A stretch of DNA of 28,276 bases, taken from the NCBI RefSeq assembly GCF_006345805.1, contig NW_021833535.1, positions 1 through 28,276 on the forward strand, given 5' to 3'. This DNA is from Octopus sinensis. Its lineage: Eukaryota. The position numbers were made by a program, and so were the translations under genes. Below the pieces are notes generated by a model that had not been told where the DNA came from, did not search any database, and worked only from the letters and a program-made list of their open reading frames with translations. This document shows positions 10,209-19,840 of the stretch, one piece after another. Numbering within the stretch: position 1 is the stretch's first letter; the number at the start of each line of letters is the position of its first letter.

Positions 10209-10262
10209 GGAATATGTACGCCACAGAATCTGAGAGGAATATGTACGCCACAGAATCTGAGA
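10209..10262 (+). repeat. Perfect 27-bp tandem duplication
   Basis: GGAATATGTACGCCACAGAATCTGAGA occurs twice in tandem. Confidence 0.97.
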
Positions 10263-10300
10263 CTCCCAGGTCGATTATCGCATTACGAGTAAAACTAATA

Positions 10301-10530
10301 AACGGAAACTATGCGGAAGCCCGTTGTTATACAATATGCATGTGTGTGCGTGTGTTAATTCTCTCCCCAGCCTTCGCTTGACAACCGAAGCTGGTTTGTT
10401 TACTCTCCTCTAATTTAGCGCTTTGGCAAAAGGCTTTAAAGAATATAAGTATTGGGTGTCGATTTCTTCAACCGGAACCCGTTAAGACGGTACCACTGCA
10501 TGGTTGCAGTCCAGTGAATAATACAAGTAG
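10301..10530 (+). mobile_element. SINE family A 3' half, degenerate
   Basis: ACGGAAACT..GGAAGCCCGT...CGCTTGACAACCGAAGCTGGTTTGTTTAC...GCATGGTTGCAGTC. Confidence 0.75.
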
Positions 10531-10758
10531 AATATGAAATATGACGAATACTGCGAAGCATAACGTTGATAGTTATTCTGTCGTAAACTCTTCCCATACT
10601 GTTTAGTTTATTTAGATTACACGTTCCTTATTACTCAGCGAGAAGAAAATGGTGGAAGAGTTATTTAATTGGCTGACGATCCTGCATGTAATTCGAGAAC
10701 ATCAAATTTGCCACTCCTCATAACAGCTTAACTTCCCACGAATTGTATTTCTGATTAC

Positions 10759-10790
10759 TTGTTTGCCATAGAGATTAATTTCTTTGCGTT
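10759..10790 (-). CDS. Weak candidate exon (32 nt), (E)RKEINLYGKQ
   Basis: Acceptor gcttAG and donor GTaatc. The phase-1 frame is open and would accept the phase-1 end of the exon at 11691. Confidence 0.3.
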
Positions 10791-11044
10791 CTAAGCATTA
10801 AATCTCTTTTTAAAGACAGTCTGGTGGAGCAAAGATCCGTAAACCAATAGAAAGGCTAGAAAGCCGCGCCTGCATCCCTGGGTATGTATGTAGGCTTTTT
10901 TTTTAACAAGTAAACCGCCAGTTACGTTATCTCACATTTTGGGCAAATTGCCTTCATCTAGCATTGGTAGAGAGCAACGTCTATGCTGCCAAAACGTTTT
11001 TGAAATCGCCGTCTGTGCCAGTCCTTCGTTCAAGGCATATGATT

Positions 11045-11520
11045 AACCATCATCATCATCACCATCATCAGAAGCAACAGCAGCCGTCCAAGAATTTGGA
11101 CCTGGAGATCTCCATTTCCAGCGACTTCGAGGGCCACCTCCCAGTGGTGTCGCGGGCGTCAATGAAGAGCCCTCGACTAGAACAAGACGACCAAAGTATT
11201 TTTTTCCAAGGTCTGGGGTCTCCCGCCCCTAAGCCCAAGACCATCACCTAATCACCCTTACCCGTCTTGTTGCTTAACAGCAACAGCAACATCCTTTCCA
11301 TTGTAAAAAAACATTGTGATCTAACAGTTTGTGAGGCGCTACTCTGAAGGACATCCAAAACATTTTCACCCGTGTGGGCTGGAACATTTTGAGAGGAAGG
11401 TTTTTTCGCTCAGAAACCCAATACACAGCCCGATCTGGAAATTAAATTCACAACCCTGTGATCATGAATCCAACAGCATAGAAGCTATACCGATGCCTTC
11501 ATCCCCAAATGGTTTAGAAG
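11045..11520 (-). mobile_element. Degenerate RTE-clade (Expander-like) LINE 3' fragment with (TGA)n tail
   Basis: Minus-strand translation across stops and frameshifts gives DS*...IGFL...RSQCFFTMERM...GDPRPWKK...LEVAGNGDLQVQILGRLL. This parallels my recollection of the RTE ORF end (ESW..MGFL..RSQLRWFGHV.RM..GRPRTRW..LSEIA.DR.V...LLGLL). It ends in a (TGA)n run. Confidence 0.55.
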
Positions 11521-11690
11521 CACTTAAATGGTATTAGATTGTTAATTTCTTGCGGCAAGCAGTTTTTGAATAAGAGTAATTGGAATGCTTAGACATAAAC
11601 GTGAAAAAATGTTGAAGACATGGATAGAATACTTCCATATTTTTTAATGTAAGGAATATAATACTGATAGGCCACTCCGATCGATCATAC

Positions 11691-11728
11691 CTTCAATTAT
11701 ATCTAATCGCAATACATCTATTACGCTC
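11691..11728 (-). CDS. Core micro-exon 5 (38 nt): (W)SVIDVLRLDIIE
   Basis: Acceptor ttttttttacctcaaAG and donor AAG|GTatga. Only phase 2 is open, matching exon 4's phase-2 end (TG+G=W). Confidence 0.65.
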
Positions 11729-12024
11729 CTTTGAGGTAAAAAAAAAGTATTTAAAGCAACTATCATTATAGAAGTTATCTGCTGAAGATGAACGGACGTT
11801 TCAACCAGAGTTAAAATGCAATTTCTATACGCTGATTGCCAATAACTTTTAAGGTTTAAATATTTAAATGGTTAAAATAGGATTTTAGCGTGGAGGGAAG
11901 GCACTTAATCTGAGTTCTAGAAGTAAATTCTTTGAGCATATAAAGTAAAATTTGCAAAGATTTCTGAAATTCAGTGTATCTTACGATTCCTTCAAGCTAA
12001 GCTGTTATTGTACTTTAACATTTT

Positions 12025-12570
12025 AGCGGTGGAGACTTCTCGGTGAATGATCACTATCCAATAACCACACATTAACTTGGTTGAATTTCGAAGTCGAGTA
12101 AGTGATATACATTTACATCATAGCCAGTAGCCATAAAGTATAAATATAGTGCTAGGTTTTTAAAAGAAAATACTGCTTGTTACTTCGTGAGTAATACAGT
12201 TTGTTGTGAGTTCTTCAATACTCTTCACTTTTGACGCAGGCTGGAAAGCAGAGCATTTTCCAATCGAAGTCGGATGTAGAGGTTTTTGTTTGTTGGACAC
12301 AGTGTGAGACAACTGTTGTTATCGTTAGGCCTAACTCATCGTAAAGTCAATACCCTCATGATCGATATCCAAACTACAGTGGAGAAGGCTATCCACTGGA
12401 TTTGGTTAAAAAGAGACGATGAGCAATGGCTATAGAAATAGTGAGCATTATTAAATAATCAGTTAATCTTGCAAGTGGGGCCCCATATCAGTGAGTGGGG
12501 GCGCATGCTGCCGTCGAGAGGTGGGCCCCGAAACGGCACGCATTCTCTCCTGATGACCCCATACACTTGC
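12025..12570 (+). mobile_element. Degenerate HERO/R2-like (RLE-type) LINE 3' end with 3' UTR
   Basis: 12233-12286 gives DAGWKAEHFPIEVGCRGF. After a frameshift, 12304-12435 gives VRQLLLSLGLTHRKVNTLMIDIQTTVEKAIHWIWLKRDDEQWL*. This matches the recalled HERO C-terminus GW.A...P.EVGCRGF...EKAS.WLW.KR. A GC-richer UTR-like stretch follows to ~12570. The match upstream of 12230 is weak. Confidence 0.8.
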
Positions 12571-12713
12571 TGGCTTCCAGTATGAGGAATTCTCGACTTG
12601 TAGCACTTGCATGTGTAAGTTATTTGAAAGACATTGTAGATACGTAAGTTCGTGCCAAACACTAAAATATGCGGTGAGTTTATAAAGAAGCTTACATAAT
12701 TATTCTACTTTAC

Positions 12714-12769
12714 CAAAATTGTTGCGGCATGATTGGCGCAGTTACAACTGCACACCTAGTATTTGGTGT
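12714..12769 (-). CDS. Core micro-exon 4 (56 nt): TPNTRCAVVTAPIMPQQF
   Basis: Acceptor ttctcttcAG and donor TTG|GTaaag. Only phase 0 is open. Confidence 0.65.
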
Positions 12770-13075
12770 CTGAAGAGAATCAAGGGAAAACGTGTACTAG
12801 TGTAAATCAAAAGAATCCAGAAATTCCCATGTAGCATCAATCATTATTTCTCGGTATTACTTAAGAAGCGGTACTGTCGAAATGTATCGAAATCATTGTG
12901 ATCACCACCACGCAGCTGATGAAGGCAATATTTGCCATCCAAACTGTTATTTTTAATTGTGGCAATTCTAAAGTTTTGACCAGGGAAATTTTCGAATTAA
13001 AGTACAGTTTCTATGCTCCGTAGGCGAATTAAAGATACGAGTCATAACTATTTGCTAAACAGTATATGACCTTAC

Positions 13076-13124
13076 CTTCTTGCCAATATAACATTCTCTA
13101 CCGCATTTCAGAACGTATTCGTTA
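13076..13124 (-). CDS. Core micro-exon 3 (49 nt; alternative 22-nt form starts at 13097): (T)NEYVLKCGRECYIGKK
   Basis: Near-consensus donor AAG|GTaagg. The acceptor gtgataaAG is weak, and an in-frame cggtAG alternative exists. The long form is open only in phase 2, as the chain requires. Confidence 0.55.
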
Positions 13125-13258
13125 CTTTATCACGACCAAAAATGTGTGTAAAATAGAAGCGTCTGGATGTGACTGTAATCTGGTAGATATTGCTGATTGA
13201 TTTGATCAGAAAATTCTCAACTCATCAATTATTTAGTTTCACGGTTTGACACGTTTCA

Positions 13259-13259
<1 letters not shown>

Positions 13260-13295
<36 letters not shown>
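13260..13295 (+). repeat. A36 homopolymer (U36 in the minus-strand intron)
   Basis: Direct reading of the sequence. Confidence 0.95.
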
Positions 13296-13297
<2 letters not shown>

Positions 13298-13581
13298 ACA
13301 AAAAATTTTAGCTATTTGGTTTTTAAAACAAGCTGACCAGAATTTGTGTACTACAGAATTACTGCTGAATTTTCAGGTCTGTTATATTTGACTCAATACA
13401 TTAAAGTTCTAATTCTGGATTGGCAATCACTGGATTAAATCATTCATCTAATTTATTTTTGTTTTTAATTGAAGAAAATAAAAATTAGTATGCCACATTC
13501 TAAAGATAAACTATGAACCGTTTGTCACCGAACGTTCGGAAATCTATATCTGTAACGTACATTAATGTTACCGGTTCTTAC

Positions 13582-13628
13582 GTACTGGGTTCAAATTTTA
13601 CCCAGTACAAACTTCCTCCATCCGATGC
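13582..13628 (-). CDS. Core micro-exon 2 (47 nt): ASDGGSLYWVKFEPS
   Basis: Acceptor tctgttttatAG and donor TAC|GTaaga. Only phase 0 is open. Confidence 0.7.
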
Positions 13629-13669
13629 CTATAAAACAGATAACCTCAATGTATGTGCGAATATATGTA

Positions 13670-13677
13670 CACATATG

Positions 13678-13708
<31 letters not shown>

Positions 13709-13833
13709 TGTGTGTGACTATACTGGGATGAAATTACTAGACTCAACCAAGAGGTGGTAGCACTAACCAATAAAAGTATACACACACACATATACATTCC
13801 TTATGTCTGTCTGCATGTCTTTCTGTGTGTGTG

Positions 13834-13866
<33 letters not shown>

Positions 13867-13948
13867 ATACATGTGTGTGTATACATGTGTGTGTATATAT
13901 ATATATATACATGTGTGTTTATATATATGTGTGTATATATATATATAG

Positions 13949-13980
<32 letters not shown>
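13670..13980. repeat. (GT)n/(TA)n compound microsatellite block
   Basis: Direct reading of the sequence. Confidence 0.95.
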
Positions 13981-13982
<2 letters not shown>

Positions 13983-14449
13983 TTTTGTTGAGAGTATTTA
14001 ATACATGTGGAATAGCTAGTTTATTAAATTGAAAACCATTCTCACGTTTCGTGTTTCACGCCACAGCGATCACCAGGAGAGAACTCGTTATAAAGAGATT
14101 TAAGTCTACATGTGGTAATCAAACGCTATGTACACAAACATATGCACAGATACTTATTCCTGCAAATGTTTAATTCATACATGCGCAACGAAAGTTCAAG
14201 TAACAAAAGAAACAAAAACGCCAAGTTTGAGAGATTTGATACCACACTTTATTTTTCATTAGTTTGGAGTAATATTCTCCGAATCATTATCTTAATTATA
14301 TAATTACATTTTAATGAATAAACATCGTATTCCTTAACTTTATTTATACTTGTTCTGTTACGTTATGTAACTTCATATTGGCGACTTAGTAGTTCTAATC
14401 ATATTAGCAGTTCATATAATATAGAGGGGGCTAATCATATTACTCTTAC

Positions 14450-14506
14450 CGTATAGTGTATGTCTACATCAGATTTAAAATCAGCGACTGAACCTGACCG
14501 CTCGTT
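14450..14506 (-). CDS. Core micro-exon 1 (57 nt): NERSGSVADFKSDVDIHYT
   Basis: Acceptor ttcttgcAG and donor ACG|GTaaga. Only phase 0 is open, and the exon is symmetric (phase 0-0). Confidence 0.7.
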
Positions 14507-14848
14507 CTGCAAGAATTATCAGCCAAACCTTCCTGAAATGAAACTTTACTGACATAAATAAAGAATAACGCAAAAGACAACGCGGTGCTAAATATCTCCA
14601 AAAACAAAAACAAAAAAAGAAAAGAAAAGGTGAGATTGACTTTGGGGCTAAGGAATAGCAACCTTCACCCATGCTACTGCCGCCACCACCTACGCCATTC
14701 TCACTATCACCACTACTACTACTACTACAAAAATTTTCTCAGCTTACATTGTTAATTTCGTCAACTTAATGCATGTATGTTTTTTTTTAACTTTCACACA
14801 TTTTGTAGAAAATAAAATGATTAAAACAAAAAATGTGAAAATCCTTAC

Positions 14849-14887
14849 ACTTTAGGCTTTTCTCCAGCATTAATTATTCCTAACTCA
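14849..14887 (-). CDS. Candidate exon (39 nt): ELGIINAGEKPK
   Basis: Acceptor ttctctgacAG and donor GTaagg, with one open frame. It ends in phase 2, which does not match exon 14506 unless the GT 2 nt upstream is used. Confidence 0.3.
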
Positions 14888-15671
14888 CTGTCAGAGAATC
14901 ATCGAAAAATATGTTAGGACTTTTATGAGTGTTTTTGTGGCTGGTGTTCATGGTTTGGAAATGCTAAAAATATAAGACATTAATTGGACAAATATAAATC
15001 ACTAGGAACTGGAACCCTAATTTGGATTTATGTTCAATTTAAAGCTGAGGTTTAGCACCTAATTTTATCTAATTTTGAAGAAAAAATGGTTCTCTTGTCC
15101 CCATTAAATTTTCTTACGAACACTTCATTAGATTCTGTTAAGATGCATTACGGCTTTTTCGACATTTAACACTTAGACTCTTGTACTGGAAATTACACCT
15201 GTAATTGCTACTATCTACACCTTGTTAAAGTCATACGAGGGGCGAAAACGAGTGTTTCTTATAAATTTCACCGATCTAATGAGGCACGATGGTTTCGTTC
15301 GTAATCGCAAACATAAAAATCATAAATAAATACACACATGTATTCACTCGTTCTTGTTCTTGCTCTTCCTTTCTTTGTAGACACATACACACTGATAGAG
15401 TTAGCCACGCGTGTATATATATATATATCTGTATGTGTGTAAATAGTGTAGGAATCTAATGTATCAATTTGATAACGTGGTTTCACATAAATTAAAAAGA
15501 AAACAGACTTCTGCAATCTTTAATTGTTAGGCAAAGATTTATGATATTCTGTCTTTGGTGATCATCAGTCGAAATTCTGAGCTGCTTCTCTATTAAGACC
15601 CAGTTCAACAGTAAAAACACTGCATTCGTTTTATTACAACTTTAAAACATGAATTAAATTAAATACTACAC

Positions 15672-15849
15672 TGTATCTGGGGAGAGTCATTTTCTTGTTG
15701 TGCCTTATAATGTAACACACTCACCGATAAAATTTCCACTTATTTGTTATTCTCCTGAAATTTTCGTTGCGTCTTGCAACCTTTTCAATTTTACCGGTGA
15801 GTGTGTTACAATTTAAGGCACAAAAAGAAAATGACTCTCCCCAGACACA
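15672..15849. mobile_element. MITE-like element (178 bp) with ~63-bp terminal inverted repeats
   Basis: Left arm TGTATCTGGGGAGAGTCATTTTCTTGTTGTGCCTTATAATGTAACACACTCACCGATAAAATT. Reverse complement of the right arm: TGTGTCTGGGGAGAGTCATTTTCTTTTTGTGCCTTAAATTGTAACACACTCACCGGTAAAATT. Confidence 0.85.
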
Positions 15850-16868
15850 ACAGAATATGCTTCAACACTCGAACTCATATAAAGAATTTTGCAAACCAAA
15901 TCCCAAAACGAAATACTACACTGTAATTGTTAAGTTTGTGTTCAGTCGAGGTGTATTATTAACACCGGAATTTTGCATATAATAAAAACGTGTTTTATAT
16001 GATACCTTTAATGTTTCAGTTAGTACTATCTCAAATGTATTTTGTACTTATTCCCCGAAGAAATAAGTTTAAAATATGTCCTTAAATATGAGGGGAAGAT
16101 TGTAAACTTTAAGTAAAGTCACGTTATAAACAATTGTAAAGCCGAATTGGAAACATTATAAGATTTAAACGAGGTCTTGTATTCTCAAAACGTAGATCTC
16201 GCAGAGAGAAATAGACGTTGAATCACTGTATTGATGAGAGTTTTATATAGTTTCTTTGTTTCTTTGTATTAATTTTTATAAAATGTCACATCTTAAAAGC
16301 TAAGGAACTTTATAAAGTCAGGTACAAGAAACTTGGATTTTATTTATTTCAACCATCATTTTAACTTTTTTCTTAGCATTAAATGTCACAAGAATTTCTA
16401 AAGTACATATATTGAATATGGATTAAATTAAATCATTCGTATAAGAATTGCTTGAATTCTGCAGGGGATTAATGCCATCCGAGATTGTTTGGAGTGCATA
16501 TAAAAATATATGATTTCGTTCCTATTGTTAGTTTTTTTTTCTCTTATATTTATATATAAATATATAAGATTTCTTAATAATAGAATACTTACGAATGTAA
16601 GCATGATAGTTATGTAAGCATGTAATAGACATTAAGTATTATACATCATACACAAAGAGATTATAATATTATATATTACGTAAAAAGAAATTATATATAT
16701 TATACATTATAAAAATAATATACATTATATAAAAAGAGAAAGGAAGGGAGGGGGCAATATGCTTACAGCGCTGGAACGAGTGTTTTATGATAGTTGTTTC
16801 AGCTCGACTAAACTCTTTCCTCAAAAATGCTGTCCTTGCACCTAATTAGAAACGATTATATAAAAACA

Positions 16869-17175
16869 GGGAGGTACATGGCCTACGGGTTAGAGCAGCG
16901 GATTTGCTGTCAAGAGATCGCGGGTTCGAATCTCAGACATGGTGATGTGTGTGTTTATGAGCGAAACACTTACGCGCCACGGGGTTCCGGCAGAAGGTAA
17001 GGGCGAGCTTCTGCTGACTCTCTCACCACATTTTTGTCTCACTCTTTCGTCTTGCATCTAGCAGCTCACCTGCGACGAACCGGCGTCTCGTTCAGGTGAG
17101 AAACCTATACGCTAATGAAACCGGGAAACTGGCCCTTATGAGCCAGGCATGGCTAGGGAAGAAACAAACAGCAAC
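16869..17175 (+). mobile_element. tRNA-derived SINE family C, full length
   Basis: A-box-like TGGCCTACGGG at 16879, B-box GGTTCGAATCT at 16923, body matching 2709-3004, and tail AACAAACAGCAAC. Confidence 0.92.
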
Positions 17176-17340
17176 ATATAAAAACAATGAGCTCCCAACA
17201 GTCATAGCATTGCTGTATTTAGTTTCGTCTTTCTTGGTACTGAGTTCAAACTACACTTTAATTGGTTATGAATTCATAATTAATACATTCCTTAGAACAA
17301 TTATACTTGTGTATAATTAGGAAACCAGTACTAATTACAA

Positions 17341-17455
17341 ATCCATGCACAAGGCTTCGGTCGACTCGTGGCTATAGCAGATGATAATTTCCCCAGGTGT
17401 TATGCAGTGGGACTGAATCGAGGACAAATTTATTACTATATAGCAACACCTACAC
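17341..17455 (-). mobile_element. SINE family A 5' fragment
   Basis: CACAAGGCTTCGGTCGACTCGTGGCTATAG...ATGCAGTGGGACTGAA. Confidence 0.7.
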
Positions 17456-17499
17456 CTATTCATATATATATGAGTGTGTGTGTACTTGTTTAAGTTATT

Positions 17500-17850
17500 A
17501 CACTGCGGACTATAGGACCGCCTATAGTCGAACAAATCGACCCCAGAACTTATTCTTTGTTAGCTTAGAGCTTATTCAACCGGGTCTCTAAGGCGAACCG
17601 CTAAGTAACGGAGATGTAAACACACCAACATCGGTTGTGGAGACAAACATAGACACACACACAAATACACACACATATATATATATGACGGGCTTCTTTC
17701 AGTTTCTGTCAACCAAATCCACTCACAAGGATTTGGTCGGCCCGTAGCTATAGTAGAAGACACTTGCCCAAGGTGGCATGCAGTGGGACTGAACCCAGAA
17801 CCATGTTGTTGGGAGGCAGATTTCTTACCACCCATCCACGTTGCGTCTGT
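17500..17850 (-). mobile_element. SINE family A, near full length
   Basis: Collinear reverse complement of the 23879 copy from the 3' region to the head (GCAGTGGGACTGAACCCAGAACCATG...CTTACCAC). Confidence 0.88.
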
Positions 17851-17851
17851 G

Positions 17852-17889
<38 letters not shown>

Positions 17890-18506
17890 CGCATGTGTGT
17901 GTATATGTATATGTATGAATGTATTTATGTATATATGTATGTATGTATGTATGTGTGTATATGTATGTATGTATGTATATATATATACCGATGTGTGAAT
18001 TCTGTACATAGATAAATATACATAATACATATATATATATATATAAAAAAAACGAACTTCAAACGAAGAGATGTTTCAGTACCTTATTAGGTACTGATAG
18101 CGTAGTTGGTATATCGCCACAAAAAAAAAAATATTGTGTGTAACTTCCAAGTCTTCAGCGGCAAGTGACCTCGATAGATAGTCGCTCACGTAAATGTTTA
18201 CACGCACTCATTCACACACACACACACATCCATACACCATCATATGTCAATGAGAGGGTATAATTGATGTACTTATATACGCATGAATAAACTTTCTCAC
18301 ACATTCGTAGAATATATATTACGCATAGGTATTAAAAAATTAAGTATATTTTTTTCCCTAACCACCTACTGTGAATAAATGCTTTAATTATGCAATGGGA
18401 TTTGCTTGAAACCTATGTAAGTCTGATAGTGGGCACAGCATCTTACCTATTTTGCCGTATAAAAACCATTTCATATACATGGGTACCTTTAATCCGAAGT
18501 GATGTA

Positions 18507-19018
18507 CCGTAAATCCTCGAGTATAATCCGTATTTTTTTCCCAAAATTTAAAGGTCAAAATCCCAAGTGCTTACTATATACGAGGTTAAAAATGAAAAAT
18601 ATTTTTTAAGCAATATCTGAGTGTCTATTTGCTGTCCGGCAGTATTTATTCAGACGCATTTTGTGATGTCGGGCGCGAAAATACCTTAAGCTAAACCTGA
18701 AAGCAATGAAGAATCATCTATAACCTGCAGTAAGCAACATTTATTAAAATAAAAGTATTGAGAACACAGAATAACATGTAACAAAAAAATTTGCAAACAT
18801 ATTTACATTCCCATATAGCAGTTAAGAACATCACCATTATCGTATTACGCATGCGCGGAAGTGTTTGTTCGACTAGGTGCTGCTGGCTTAAGTACGCACG
18901 ATTCAAGTTAGAGAAGGAAAGCGTATTATCCGCAAGGTTTAGGTTTTTCAGAAGTACAACCCGCTAAAAAAAACCTGCGTATTATACTCAAGGGTGGACT
19001 ATACTCGAGGATTTATGG
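18507..19018. mobile_element. Tc1/mariner-superfamily (pogo/Tigger-like) non-autonomous element, 512 bp
   Basis: 23-bp TIRs CCGTAAATCCTCGAGTATAATCC / GGACTATACTCGAGGATTTATGG (2 mismatches), flanked by TA target duplications at 18505-06 and 19019-20. No ORF. Confidence 0.92.
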
Positions 19019-19414
19019 TACTTGCAATCAAGAAGGCTTTTAAGAGACAGGAAATAATCTCTGTAGCGGATTTGATGTCAAAAATTTGTTGCCGAAAACG
19101 TCTTCACGCAGTCATTTTTCTGTCGACGTAATGTATTTAACCTGATATCGATGATGATGATAATGACAGAAGACCACAAGAGAGAGGGCAAGGACCACCA
19201 ACGTGATCATGCTCAGCGGCACTTGGAGAGCCTGTCTAAGGTATACGTATTTCCAAACTAGTCAATTCTTCGGATACGATTCTCTACGAAGTTATAGGGG
19301 AACACTCACCGGGAACCCACTGTAACGTCTACGGACAGGCTTGCGCTGCCATTGCTTCGCCCTTAATGCGTATGACCGTAAGCACAGTCATACTAAATGA
19401 GCAGCTAAACAAAA

Positions 19415-19840
19415 GTGACTTTTAGCCCAGTTGAACAAGCCACATCAAAGATATCAGGAAATATTTGTATTCTTGTGCAAAAAAAACCAAAAAAACAAAA
19501 GAAACAATACCCACCGTCAGACATCTGCCATGCTCTGAACATCTTGCTTCCCTGGGCATGGATACATTGGAGCTCAGACGTCTGGCAACTGACTTAGTAG
19601 ACACCTACAATAATATCCATCACCTTTCCAACAACAACATTGGGCACCTTTTTGAATTCCATATGACAAACACTCGCGGACATGCTTATAAAATCAAAAA
19701 ACAACACAGCACCCATGACTTTCGGTAACATACTTTCATGCTCAGAATTGCTGAAGCATGGAATAAACTACACGCATCAGTTGTTAGCGGTCGAGACACA
19801 ACATCCTTCAAAACTTCCATGCTTCCTGATAGCCTTTCTT
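19415..19840 (+). mobile_element. CR1-group LINE, degenerate ORF2 C-terminus
   Basis: FSP...LVQKK, a frameshift, then IPTVRHLPCSEHLASLGMDTLELRRLATDLVDTY...TRGHAYKIKK...R*HTFMLRIAEAWNKLHASVV...SFK. These are the classic CR1 motifs LE.RR..DL, TRGH..K and WN.L..VV..FK. Confidence 0.88.

Noticed and set aside
10964-11251. 95-aa + strand ORF with a His/Gln run, resembling a terminal exon
   Set aside because: The His run is the complement of the (TGA)n tail of the RTE-like fragment, and the rest is antisense to its ORF remnant. The supported exons nearby are on the minus strand.
12495-12642. + strand exon-like frame ...DPIHLLASSMRNSRLVALACVSYLKDIVDT with GTAAGT donors
   Set aside because: It overlaps the GC-richer HERO-like 3' UTR, where most frames are open, and it does not chain with other + strand candidates.
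11252-13295. Retrocopy or 3' UTR ending at the A36 tract
   Set aside because: No AATAAA just upstream and no target-site duplication found. The interval contains LINE remnants and minus-strand exons.
15234-15250. TACGAGGGG mariner-like TIR start
   Set aside because: No matching opposite terminus or transposase remnant found.
16869-16945. tRNA gene calls at SINE heads (also 23879, 6333, 9490)
   Set aside because: A/B boxes are present, but I could not build a cloverleaf, and each head continues into a multi-copy SINE body.
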